In this document: positions 53,566 to 62,898 of the stretch, piece after piece
How positions within the stretch are numbered: position 1 is the first letter of the stretch
How the letters are laid out: every line of letters begins with the position of its first letter
NCBI GenBank assembly: GCA_963925895.1
Contig: CAWUVH010000011.1
Span: 99,121-163,120, forward strand
Source of the DNA: an uncultured Burkholderiales bacterium
GTDB taxonomy: Bacteria; Pseudomonadota; Gammaproteobacteria; Burkholderiales; Eutrophovitaceae
Direction of reading: 5' to 3'
DNA: 64,000 nucleotides
Made by a program: the position numbers and the translations under genes
The notes under the pieces: generated by a model
Seen by the model: the letters and a program-made list of their open reading frames with translations, nothing else
The model's database searches: none
What the model was told of the DNA's origin: nothing

Positions 53566-54285
53566 TTACAGCGCTTTTTTCTCAACTGCGCTGAGAAAAC
53601 CTCTTAAAATATTGAGCTCATCTTTTTCCAACTCTCCCCGTGCGATCAATCTTCGCAAACGCTGCATCACCCGCCCTGGTGTTTTCAGATTCAGAAAACC
53701 GACGTCGATCAGCACTTTTTCGAAGTGCGCAATTAAACGCTCCGTTTCTTCATGTGTGGCGCGCGCCACGAGCTTCACATCCTCATGCAAGATGGTGTGA
53801 TCGAGACTAATCACCTTGAGCTCATAGGCAAACACCTGCACTGCCTGGGCTAAATTTAGAGATGAATAATCAGCGTTGCATGGAATAGTTGATACCACAT
53901 TGCACTTAGTCGCGTCTTGAATGGTTAAGCCCGCTCGCTCAGGACCAAACACTATCGCGACATCTCCGTCATCAGTTTTACGCATCAACGAGCTAGCCAC
54001 CTCCCTAGGAGACCAAATCTGGTGACTCAAATCGCGATGCCTTGCTGTAGAAGCAACCGAAAATATTGTTCCGGTCAACGCCTCATCAAGAGTGTCACAA
54101 ACCGAGGCGGTATCCAAAATATCAGCGGCACCAACCGCCAAGGCTGTCGCGTCCGCATGTGGAAAGGATTTTGGCGTCACTAAGTACAAACGGGTCAATC
54201 CCATCGTCTTCATTGCTCGCGCAGCAGATCCAATATTGCCAGGATGACTGGGGCAGACAAGAATAATTCTCACTCGATCAAGCAT
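53566..54285 (-). CDS. trmJ: tRNA (cytidine/uridine-2'-O)-methyltransferase TrmJ (SpoU class)
   Basis: 239 aa; [35 protein letters not shown]; the trmJ position upstream of cysE-iscR and divergent from suhB. Confidence 0.8.
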   Translation of the reverse strand: MLDRVRIILVCPSHPGNIGSAARAMKTMGLTRLYLVTPKSFPHADATALAVGAADILDTASVCDTLDEALTGTIFSVASTARHRDLSHQIWSPREVASSLMRKTDDGDVAIVFGPERAGLTIQDATKCNVVSTIPCNADYSSLNLAQAVQVFAYELKVISLDHTILHEDVKLVARATHEETERLIAHFEKVLIDVGFLNLKTPGRVMQRLRRLIARGELEKDELNILRGFLSAVEKKAL

Positions 54286-54413
54286 GGCGTCAGTGTACTA
54301 TTTACTGGAGAAACAGTTTTATGAACACCTTAGCGCAGATGCTAACGTTACGAACTGCGTTAGTTTAATTTAGAATAGCGCTTTCGTTCTTTAAATAGAC
54401 TCAAGAGACCACT

Positions 54414-55208
54414 ATGAATCCCATGTTAGGCTTTGCGGTCAAAGCCGCACGGCGCGCCGGAGATATTATTAATCGCGCCGCCGAAAACATCGAACAATTA
54501 AAAATAAAACATAAAACTTTAAATGATCTTGTCAGCGAAGTAGATCATGCAGCAGAAGTAGCAATCATTAGCTCCTTACAAAAAGTTTATCCAAATCACG
54601 CATTTTTAGCGGAGGAATCGGGAAGAACGGGAGAATCTGATTATGAATGGATCATTGATCCGCTCGATGGGACAACAAACTTCTTGCATGGTTTCCCCGT
54701 TTATGGAGTCTCAATAGCTCTGGCCTATAAAAAACAATTGCAAGTTGCAGTTGTGTACGACCCTTGTAGAAATGACCTGTACACCGCAGCCAGAGGCGCT
54801 GGCGCCTACCTTAACGAAAAACGTATCCGCGTATCAAAAAGAGATAAACTCATTGACTGTTTAATTGGCACCGGATTCCCGTTCAAGGCGAATTCAGACA
54901 TCGACTCTTACACCGACATGTTTAAAACAATAGCGTTGAAAACCGCAGGCATCAGAAGGCCTGGTGCGGCTGCGCTAGACCTCGCTAACGTTGCTGCCGG
55001 ACGATTAGATGGCTTCTGGGAAATAGGATTGTCGCCTTGGGATATGGCGGCAGGAGCACTACTCATTAAAGAGGCTGGTGGCCTAGTGGGTGACTTAGAG
55101 GGCGAAGATCAGTTTTTAGACAGCGGAAGAATTGTTGCTGGAAACCCCAAAATTTTTGTTCAACTATTGTCTGCGCTTAGGCCCCACACTCAAAAGGATG
55201 AAAGTTAA
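54414..55208 (+). CDS. suhB: Inositol monophosphatase family protein SuhB
   Basis: 264 aa; EESG, WIIDPLDGTTNF, WD.AAG motifs. Confidence 0.85.
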   Translation: MNPMLGFAVKAARRAGDIINRAAENIEQLKIKHKTLNDLVSEVDHAAEVAIISSLQKVYPNHAFLAEESGRTGESDYEWIIDPLDGTTNFLHGFPVYGVSIALAYKKQLQVAVVYDPCRNDLYTAARGAGAYLNEKRIRVSKRDKLIDCLIGTGFPFKANSDIDSYTDMFKTIALKTAGIRRPGAAALDLANVAAGRLDGFWEIGLSPWDMAAGALLIKEAGGLVGDLEGEDQFLDSGRIVAGNPKIFVQLLSALRPHTQKDES

Positions 55209-55218
55209 AAAATGCTTT

Positions 55219-55240
55219 AACTCAACTGTTTTGAGTTTAT
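55219..55240 (+). terminator. Weak candidate terminator after suhB
   Basis: AACTCAA-CTGTT-TTGAGTT (7-bp AT-rich stem) followed by TAT. The T-tail is poor. Confidence 0.3.
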
Positions 55241-55321
55241 GGCAGGATAGACATTTAGAGCAGTCGATTTTATTGACATCCTCATATGAGCCTGAGACGA
55301 CCAATGTGTTCTTAACTTCTC

Positions 55322-57943
55322 ATGACTAAGATCCAAACAAACAGCATCGAGCGGTGCGTTTTAAATAAGTATGCGCAGGACTCTGCGCATACGCCCATGA
55401 TGCGACAGTATCTGGGCATCAAATCAGAACATAAAGATAAGCTGCTGTTCTACCGGATGGGAGACTTCTACGAACTATTTTTCGAAGACGCAGAACGTGC
55501 ATCAAAACTACTCGGTATCACTTTAACGTCCCGAGGCAGCTCAGCTGGAGAGCCCATAAAAATGGCAGGCGTGCCACATCACGCTGCAGAACAATATCTT
55601 GCCAAACTCGTTAAATCTGGGGAATCAATCGCCATTTGTGAACAAATTGGAGACCCAGCCACCTCTAAAGGCCCCGTCGATCGGAAGGTCGTTAGAATAG
55701 TTACTCCTGGCACGCTATCAGACGCGGCACTCCTTCCTGACAAACAAGAGAATTACGTCTTGAGTTTTTATCATAAAGATAACGATTGGGGTGTAGCTTG
55801 GATGTCCATATCATCTGGACAATTGAAGATCAAACAAGGTAGCAATCTATCCATACTGAATGAAATAGCTCGACTGCAACCCTCTGAAATCATTGCTCCA
55901 GAAGGGGCTACATTCCCGGGCCTAGGCCAAACTAAAATCAGAATTCAAAGACTGCCTACATGGCACTTTGACGAGGAAGTAGCAAAAAGATCCCTATGCA
56001 AACACCTCAAGGTTCGCGACTTACGTGGTTTCGGGTGCGAGGAGTCCACATGCGCTATCTCAGCGGCCGGCGCGCTTCTAACCTATGCACAAAGCACACA
56101 GTCAGAGCCACTAGCACACATCACTACAATACAGGTTGAACGCGAAAATGATTTCATCCAACTTGATGTTTCAACACGTAAAAATCTCGAGATTAACACC
56201 ACGCTTCAAGGTGAGGCCAGCCCTACATTGCTGTCAACTTTCGACAAATCGGCATCCAGCATGGGGGCACGATGGATACAACACACACTCAATCATCCAT
56301 TATTTAATCACCATGACATAAACGAACGCCTCGCCTCAGTGACTTGGCTTACTGATCAGAAAAACCAGAAAGCATTAACAACAATGCGTCAAATTTTTGC
56401 ATCGATGTCGGATATCGAGCGAATTAATGCTCGAATCACGCTTAAAAGTGCTCGACCAAGAGATCTATCGGGCTTAAGACATACTTTACAAGTAATCCCG
56501 AAGTTGCAAACACTAATAAATGCCCCACATTTAGCTCTGCTTTCTTCCTTATCTAGGGACCTTGCTCACAACACAGAAATTGCCACACAACTTGAAAAAG
56601 CCATCCTTCCCGAACCCGCCAACATATTGACCGAGGGTGGTGTTATCAACGATGGGTTCGACACGGAACTCGATACACTTAGATCCATACAAAATGATTG
56701 CGGCACTTTTTTAATTGAACTCGAGCAACGAGAGAAAAAAAACACCGGAATTTCAAACTTAAAGGTCGAGTTCAATCGTGTCCATGGATTTTATATCGAG
56801 GTATCGAAAGCCAATGCTGGAGCAGTACCAGAGACCTACAGGCGACGCCAAACACTCAAGAACGCTGAGCGCTTCATCACGCCAGAGCTTAAAGAATTTG
56901 AAGACAAAGCGTTGTCCGCTAGAGATCGCGCATTAAAACGTGAGAAACACCTCTACGAGGCGCTCATCGAAACCCTACAACAACATCGAGATGACATTCA
57001 GAAAGTAGCAAGAGCCATTGCTCAACTTGACGGCCTAGGTAGCTTTGCTCAAATTGCCTTGGAACGAAACTACGTGCGCCCAAAACTGGTTGCAGATAAC
57101 GAAATTACCATCACAAACGGCCGCCATCCAGTAGTGGAAACGCAGATTGATAATTTCATTGCGAACAATCTTGAGATCAATGCACGTCACAAAATGCTGG
57201 TCATTACCGGACCCAACATGGGCGGAAAATCGACCTATATGCGCCAATGCGCCTTAATCGTCCTTCTTGCTCACGTCGGCAGCTTTGTTCCCGCCGAAGC
57301 TGCACTGATCGGCCGAGTCGATCAAATTTTTACTCGTATTGGAGCCTCTGACAATCTCTCAGGAGGACAATCCACATTCATGGTCGAAATGTCAGAAGCA
57401 GCAAATATTCTTAATAATGCTACAGAAAACAGTCTGGTACTCATGGATGAAATTGGTCGCGGAACCTCGACGTACGACGGACTTGCTCTGGCGCTTTCAA
57501 TCGCAAGATATCTCGCAAAAACCAATCGAAGCCTCACTCTGTTTGCCACACATTACTTTGAATTGACGGGCTTGTCCGAAGAAATATCAGAAGTAAGCAA
57601 TATTCATGTATCCGCGGTTGAGTACAAGGACGACATTGTATTTTTGCACAGCGTTGCGGATGGGCCAGCCTCACAAAGCTACGGAATACAGGTTGCTCAG
57701 CTTGCAGGCGTCCCTAAGGAAATAGTCCATGCGGCGAAACGTGAGCTCAAAATTTTAGAATCTAAAGCCAACACAATTCAACCAGACCTATTCAACCGAA
57801 CAGAACCTCAGAAGCAAGAGCTAGAAAAAATCAATCTGATTACGAAGCGTCTTTCTTCAATCAAACCTGATGAGTTAACACCCAAGCAAGCTCTCGATCT
57901 AATCTATGAGCTCTATCAGCTGCAGGACAATAGTGAAAACTAA
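55322..57943 (+). CDS. mutS: DNA mismatch repair protein MutS
   Basis: 873 aa; [10 protein letters not shown]......[17 protein letters not shown], Walker [24 protein letters not shown]. Confidence 0.95.
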   Translation: MTKIQTNSIERCVLNKYAQDSAHTPMMRQYLGIKSEHKDKLLFYRMGDFYELFFEDAERASKLLGITLTSRGSSAGEPIKMAGVPHHAAEQYLAKLVKSGESIAICEQIGDPATSKGPVDRKVVRIVTPGTLSDAALLPDKQENYVLSFYHKDNDWGVAWMSISSGQLKIKQGSNLSILNEIARLQPSEIIAPEGATFPGLGQTKIRIQRLPTWHFDEEVAKRSLCKHLKVRDLRGFGCEESTCAISAAGALLTYAQSTQSEPLAHITTIQVERENDFIQLDVSTRKNLEINTTLQGEASPTLLSTFDKSASSMGARWIQHTLNHPLFNHHDINERLASVTWLTDQKNQKALTTMRQIFASMSDIERINARITLKSARPRDLSGLRHTLQVIPKLQTLINAPHLALLSSLSRDLAHNTEIATQLEKAILPEPANILTEGGVINDGFDTELDTLRSIQNDCGTFLIELEQREKKNTGISNLKVEFNRVHGFYIEVSKANAGAVPETYRRRQTLKNAERFITPELKEFEDKALSARDRALKREKHLYEALIETLQQHRDDIQKVARAIAQLDGLGSFAQIALERNYVRPKLVADNEITITNGRHPVVETQIDNFIANNLEINARHKMLVITGPNMGGKSTYMRQCALIVLLAHVGSFVPAEAALIGRVDQIFTRIGASDNLSGGQSTFMVEMSEAANILNNATENSLVLMDEIGRGTSTYDGLALALSIARYLAKTNRSLTLFATHYFELTGLSEEISEVSNIHVSAVEYKDDIVFLHSVADGPASQSYGIQVAQLAGVPKEIVHAAKRELKILESKANTIQPDLFNRTEPQKQELEKINLITKRLSSIKPDELTPKQALDLIYELYQLQDNSEN

Positions 57944-57974
57944 AACACGCGCTCATTTCTCACATAAATGGCGG

Positions 57975-59441
57975 CTAAGTGCCACAAAACGTCACGTAGG
58001 GACTAGTGCTTAACGCCGCAGGAGCAGCATAACCGCCCATTCCAATATGGTCACGATACGGTTCCGACAGCAAAGCGAGCATAGCTCTGAAGGGCTCAAG
58101 ATCGTTACGACTCACTGCCGCATCTAATGCTTCCTCAACCTTATGATTTCGAGGAATATATGCTGGATTCACATCATTCATGCTCGTCGCACACTGCTCT
58201 GGAGACATTTCCTCGCGACCAACCCTTTTTATCCAGCGCGTTAACCATTCCGTCACCATTGATGAATCGATAAATTGAGCCTTAAACTTTGAATCATCAC
58301 CCAAGATCGCTGACGCTAGGTGACGAAACACGAGAGTAAAATCCCCTTGCCCCTGGTGCATTAAGTGCAGCAATTGCTCAACGAGCGCCTGGTCACCTTG
58401 TTCGGCACTAACCAATCCAAGCTTAGCGCGCATATTTGAAAGCCAATATTTTTCATACCAAACATTAAACGTGTCAAGCTCTTCAACAAACCTTTGTATA
58501 ACCTGCTCCTCATCCTCTTCATAGAGCGGTATAAGCGCTTTTCCCAGTTGGGCTAAATTCCACTGACCGATTTTTGGCTGATTCTCATAAGCATAGCGCC
58601 CGTACTCATCAATAGAGCTGAAGACAGTAGACGGCGCATACCGATCCACAAAAGCACAGGGACCGTAATCAATCGTTTCTCCAGAAATAGTCATATTGTC
58701 TGTATTCATGACGCCGTGAACGAATCCGACGCTCATCCAATCTGCAATCAGCTTTGCTTGCTTGCGCAGTACCGATTTAAAAAAATCCAGGTACTTGTCA
58801 TCCCCACTACTCACTTCAGGGAAATGTCTCGCTATGGCATAGTCCGCTAAACGTTTAACTTGATCCCATTCGTTTCTAGCCGCAAAATACTCAAAAGTGC
58901 CAACCCGAATGTGACTGGCCGAGACGCGAGTGAGCACAGCACGCGGCTTAGGCTCTTCCCTTCGAATCCAATCCTCTGTACCCACAGCAGCTAACGCCCG
59001 GGTAGTTGCAATCCCAAACGCATGCATCGTCTCACTGACCAAATATTCTCTAAGTACTGGTCCCAGCGCTGCCTTGCCATCACCACCACGAGAAAATGGT
59101 GTCCTTCCTGATCCCTTTAATTGTATATCCCGTCGCCTACCAGTCGTATCAACCACCTCACCGATGAGCAATGCACGTCCATCGCCCAGTTGGGGGGTAA
59201 ACATACCAAACTGATGGCCTGCGTATATTAGGGCTATGGGGCTGGCATTTTCCGGTAACTCATTGCCAGAAAACACAGATATACCAAATTCACCAAGAAT
59301 TTCTTCATGATCCAAGCCGAGCTCATTCGCAAGAGATGCATTAAACTGGAGCAGCTTAGGTGATGAGCATTTCTCAGGCAGACAGTGCTGATAAAACCCT
59401 TCTAAGTCTTCCGCAAAAGAATGGCTGAAGTGAATAGTCAA
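57975..59441 (-). CDS. selO: Protein adenylyltransferase SelO (YdiU)
   Basis: 488 aa; pseudokinase-fold motifs (YAGHQFG....LGDGRA, KGSGRTP.SR.GDG.A, HGVMNTDN....GETIDYGP). TTG start with AGGGTG 7 nt upstream. Confidence 0.85.
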   Translation of the reverse strand: MTIHFSHSFAEDLEGFYQHCLPEKCSSPKLLQFNASLANELGLDHEEILGEFGISVFSGNELPENASPIALIYAGHQFGMFTPQLGDGRALLIGEVVDTTGRRRDIQLKGSGRTPFSRGGDGKAALGPVLREYLVSETMHAFGIATTRALAAVGTEDWIRREEPKPRAVLTRVSASHIRVGTFEYFAARNEWDQVKRLADYAIARHFPEVSSGDDKYLDFFKSVLRKQAKLIADWMSVGFVHGVMNTDNMTISGETIDYGPCAFVDRYAPSTVFSSIDEYGRYAYENQPKIGQWNLAQLGKALIPLYEEDEEQVIQRFVEELDTFNVWYEKYWLSNMRAKLGLVSAEQGDQALVEQLLHLMHQGQGDFTLVFRHLASAILGDDSKFKAQFIDSSMVTEWLTRWIKRVGREEMSPEQCATSMNDVNPAYIPRNHKVEEALDAAVSRNDLEPFRAMLALLSEPYRDHIGMGGYAAPAALSTSPYVTFCGT

Positions 59442-59582
59442 CTTAGTTCACCCTGAGGCATCGCAGCGCTGTATTTGCGGCGCTGCTTAGTAGCAAAAAA
59501 TCTAGCGTATAAATACCTTTGAGTATTTTTTTAATACTTTTCACAGCCCCGAATGATAAATACTCAGATGAAGCACCCATCA

Positions 59583-60593
59583 TCATTCGGCAGCTTTTAG
59601 CGCTTTTATTTTGTCAGAGAGCTGGACCATCGCCAAAGCATAATTGTTGCTCGGGTTGTAACGGGTAATCACATAAAAATTCTTTAAAGACATCCAATAC
59701 TCAACCCCAGCATCACCTTCAAGTTGGAACAGCCCAACAGGCGTATCGTCCTTAAGGTCAAACTGGTCCTCCAATCCTATATTTTTTAGCTCGCCATAGG
59801 TCCGGTTTGGTTTTGATTTCCCAGTCAAATCACTAAAGCTGTCTGGTGCGATAGCACTTACTTCAAAAACAATCGGCTCCCCTCTCTTCCATCCATGCCT
59901 CTTCAAATAATTGCTCGCGCTACCAATTGCATCATCCACACTGTTCTCTAAATCAGCCATTCCATCGCCATCAAAATCAATGGCATATTCTCGATAGCTC
60001 GAAGGCATAAACTGCGCGATCCCAATCGCTCCTGCGAATGAACCTTTTATGGTATCGGCGCTGATGTTGTTTTCGCGCGATAACAACAAAAACTCCTCGA
60101 ATTCCTTTAAGAAATATTTGTTCCGACGTTTTCCATAAAATCCTAATGAATAAAATGCATCAAGAATTCTAAATTCACCGGTGTAGGTGCCATAATTGGT
60201 TTCGATTCCAATTAAGGCCGTAATTATTTCTTGAGGAACACCGAAACGTTCCTCAGCCCTTGCTAGAGTCGCCGCATTTTTTTTCCAAAATTTAACCCCT
60301 TCTTTCTCGCGGTACTCTGTGACATAGAGTTTTTTAAAGAAGCTCCATGGTTTAGATGTCGCTGGCTTACCAAATGCGTTTAAGATGCTCTCTTTCTTTT
60401 TAGCGCTCCCAATTAATGCTTTGAGCTGCTCCTCTGAGAACTGGTGTTTAGTAACCATATCTTGAATAAATTGCGACACGCTATCTTTAACACTATCAGC
60501 TTGCGCATGCGCCGGGATCAAAAAGGAAATAATCAGAGCTGACAAACCCATCAGCAACATTGATTGAATTCGTGGCGATCGAATGGGACTCAC
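59583..60593 (-). CDS. mltB: Lytic murein transglycosylase B
   Basis: 336 aa; signal peptide; GIET.YG, G.A.GAIGIAQFMPSS....A.DFDGDG motifs. Confidence 0.8.
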   Translation of the reverse strand: MSPIRSPRIQSMLLMGLSALIISFLIPAHAQADSVKDSVSQFIQDMVTKHQFSEEQLKALIGSAKKKESILNAFGKPATSKPWSFFKKLYVTEYREKEGVKFWKKNAATLARAEERFGVPQEIITALIGIETNYGTYTGEFRILDAFYSLGFYGKRRNKYFLKEFEEFLLLSRENNISADTIKGSFAGAIGIAQFMPSSYREYAIDFDGDGMADLENSVDDAIGSASNYLKRHGWKRGEPIVFEVSAIAPDSFSDLTGKSKPNRTYGELKNIGLEDQFDLKDDTPVGLFQLEGDAGVEYWMSLKNFYVITRYNPSNNYALAMVQLSDKIKALKAAE

Positions 60594-60632
60594 ATTGAAC
60601 CTCGTAACGTCATTAGGAATACAATTTAGCCT

Positions 60633-61880
60633 CTAAGGTACCGCACTATCTATTGTAATTTCAATATTGGTTCCTGGACGCACCACCAGAGTTGATGACT
60701 CTAAATCTCCACTGGCTCGAATAGCATTACCCGATTTTGAAATACGCGCCCCCAAAAGAAACTCAGAAAAATCAGATAATTTCCGAGTAGGCATGAGAGA
60801 TGATGAGTCGTCAAATGCAAAACTAAATGGCAACTGGTCCGCAGGAACCCGCATTGCGGCAATAGGCATCGGAGGACCCTCAATCGATCTCGCATAAATA
60901 AATACCACATCCTGCGAGTTTACTTGACTCAGCAAATCTTTAGATATTTGAATAACACCTGAAACAATAGTCTCGCCCTCTTGTGTAAATAATTCATCTG
61001 GAGAAACTTCTTCAACACTCACCTCTTGACCAGACTGCACCAATCTAATTTTCGCCTCGGCAATACCTGATTGTAGCGTTTGAACTAATTGCTCATCCGC
61101 CAAGTTAGATTTCATTAATTGCGACCATCGATCAATTGCTAATTGATAAGAACCTGCCGCAAAAGCCGCTGTGCCGCCGAGCGCGAGCCCTTTTCCGTGA
61201 TTTGGATCCAGTTCTAACGCACGATTAATCAACTCAGTCGGCTCTCCACTAAGGTTACCTCTAGCCGCCAACCCTCTGGACTCAGCATAATCAACGAGTA
61301 TCGCTGGGTCATTAGGATCCAGTTGGTAGGCTCGCTCCCACGCATTAGCGGCTTCATCAAACTTGTGCAAGGCCTGATACGTTCGAGCCAACATGGCCAA
61401 TGCTTGAGTGTCATCTGGGTTTTCCGCAAGATGCTCGATAACTTTTTCCGCCATTGACTCTAGCTCACCCTGATCAAATGATTGATCCTGTGACTCAAGA
61501 AAAGAGGCTACATCTTGCCCCTCAGGACTTCCAATCACGCCATATAAATAAAATGCAGAAAAAGGAATCAGAACAACCACCAACATCGAAACTATCTTCG
61601 CGTAGCGGCCAGACAGCACTGTCACTTGAGGCTCCTTTGCCACCTCTTCGAGAACACGACTTTCAATCTCTACTTTTGACAACTCATATTGTTCTGCAGA
61701 AAGGTTCCCAACACGGTGATCCTCCGCAATTTCTTTGAGTTGATCACGCAACAAACGTAAATTAGTTTGAGATTGGGTATTCGATGACGTCGCACGCGCT
61801 TTAAATATCGTTCTCAGAAATACGAGCAGAACAACTAAACTCAGCAACCCAGAAAACACAATAAATGATGACATTAGCAA
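60633..61880 (-). CDS. ccmI: Cytochrome c-type biogenesis protein CcmI (CycH), TM plus TPR
   Basis: 415 aa; two N-terminal TM segments and TPR repeats (AL..LA..Y......EA..A.ERA..LDPN); downstream of ccmH. Confidence 0.7.
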   Translation of the reverse strand: MLMSSFIVFSGLLSLVVLLVFLRTIFKARATSSNTQSQTNLRLLRDQLKEIAEDHRVGNLSAEQYELSKVEIESRVLEEVAKEPQVTVLSGRYAKIVSMLVVVLIPFSAFYLYGVIGSPEGQDVASFLESQDQSFDQGELESMAEKVIEHLAENPDDTQALAMLARTYQALHKFDEAANAWERAYQLDPNDPAILVDYAESRGLAARGNLSGEPTELINRALELDPNHGKGLALGGTAAFAAGSYQLAIDRWSQLMKSNLADEQLVQTLQSGIAEAKIRLVQSGQEVSVEEVSPDELFTQEGETIVSGVIQISKDLLSQVNSQDVVFIYARSIEGPPMPIAAMRVPADQLPFSFAFDDSSSLMPTRKLSDFSEFLLGARISKSGNAIRASGDLESSTLVVRPGTNIEITIDSAVP

Positions 61881-61891
61881 CTCGATCCTGG

Positions 61892-62347
61892 TTAGTCTTT
61901 TAGTAATTCACGTGCACGCGCAGCATCTTCTGAACTTTGCGGCGAATCAATGCCTCTAGAGCGCCGACGAACGATTCTAACTGCCATCCAAAAAGCCAAG
62001 ATCAACATCAGCAATGGGCCTATCCACAATACCATAGTCGTCCCTTTCACTGGCGGATCATACAAAACAAAGTCACCATAGCGTTCGACCATAAAGTCTT
62101 TAATCTGCCGCTCACTCATTCCTCGACGCAGCATGTCTCTCACTTGATTTTTTAGATCAACGGCCAACCCCGCATTTGAATCTGAAATGGTTTGGTTTTG
62201 ACAGACCAAACATCGAAGCTCAGCACTGATCGCCTTAACGCGCTCTTCGAGTTCAGGATCTTTTGCCAGTAGCGGCGCCTCTTCTGCATGGGAAAGGTTA
62301 CTCACTAGGAAAACCATCAGGAATGCTAGGCTAATTTTTTTAATCAC
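61892..62347 (-). CDS. ccmH: Cytochrome c-type biogenesis protein CcmH
   Basis: 151 aa; signal peptide, LRCLVCQNQ.I.DSNA CxxC motif, C-terminal TM helix. Confidence 0.85.
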   Translation of the reverse strand: MIKKISLAFLMVFLVSNLSHAEEAPLLAKDPELEERVKAISAELRCLVCQNQTISDSNAGLAVDLKNQVRDMLRRGMSERQIKDFMVERYGDFVLYDPPVKGTTMVLWIGPLLMLILAFWMAVRIVRRRSRGIDSPQSSEDAARARELLKD

Positions 62348-62874
62348 TGACGCAACTCCTGGATCAACGGAAGAATATCTTCCGAAACGTCTGCCTGAGT
62401 CAAAGGACCAATTTTTTTGTATCGAATAAATCCGCGACCGTCTATCAAAAACGTTTCTGGAACTCCGTAAACCCCGTAGTCAAGACCAACGCGTCCATCG
62501 ATATCAAGCACTACCCGTTCATACGGATCGCCATGACGGTTAAGCCACTGCACGGCCGCTTGGGGTTTATCCTTATAATTGAATCCTAAAATAGGAATGT
62601 CAGAGGTTTTTGCAAAATTCACGAGGATCGGGTGTTCAACCAAACAAGGTCCACACCAGGAAGCGAACACATTAAGGAGCCACACTTCCCCTTCCATGTC
62701 GGAATTTGAAAGTCGCGCGTCAAACTCATTGAGTATCGGCAAAGTAAATTCTGGGGCAGCTTTTCCAATCAAAGGTGATGGCACTTCCTTTGGATTAAGC
62801 GATAAACCTTTCCAAAGAAATACGGTAATTCCAAAAAAAATAAACAAGGGAATTAAAAATCTCGTAGCAGTCAT
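62344..62874 (-). CDS. ccmG: Thiol:disulfide interchange protein CcmG/DsbE
   Basis: 176 aa; TM anchor, thioredoxin fold with WCGPC, GVYG.PETFLID. Confidence 0.9.
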   Translation of the reverse strand: MTATRFLIPLFIFFGITVFLWKGLSLNPKEVPSPLIGKAAPEFTLPILNEFDARLSNSDMEGEVWLLNVFASWCGPCLVEHPILVNFAKTSDIPILGFNYKDKPQAAVQWLNRHGDPYERVVLDIDGRVGLDYGVYGVPETFLIDGRGFIRYKKIGPLTQADVSEDILPLIQELRQ

Positions 62875-62898
62875 AATTTTTGCGAAATAATGATTACC

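Noticed and set aside
54286-54413. Overlapping short inverted repeats in the trmJ-suhB divergent spacer: TTAGC/GCTAA at 54330-54345, CTAACG/CGTTAG at 54342-54363, and a repeated TAGCGC.
   Set aside because: The stems are 5-6 bp with large loops and imperfect symmetry, which is compatible with chance in a promoter region. I recognise no known operator consensus.
39736-55240. A shared TTAACTCAA / TTGAGTT motif in the hairpins at 39736-39759 and 55219-55237, considered as a possible DNA-uptake-sequence or REP-like repeat.
   Set aside because: By eye I found only a handful of other copies of the 7-mer in the window (for example in rnr, the TolC-like gene, the permease and ccmI). That is about what chance predicts for 64 kb. 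It shows no consistent extended consensus.
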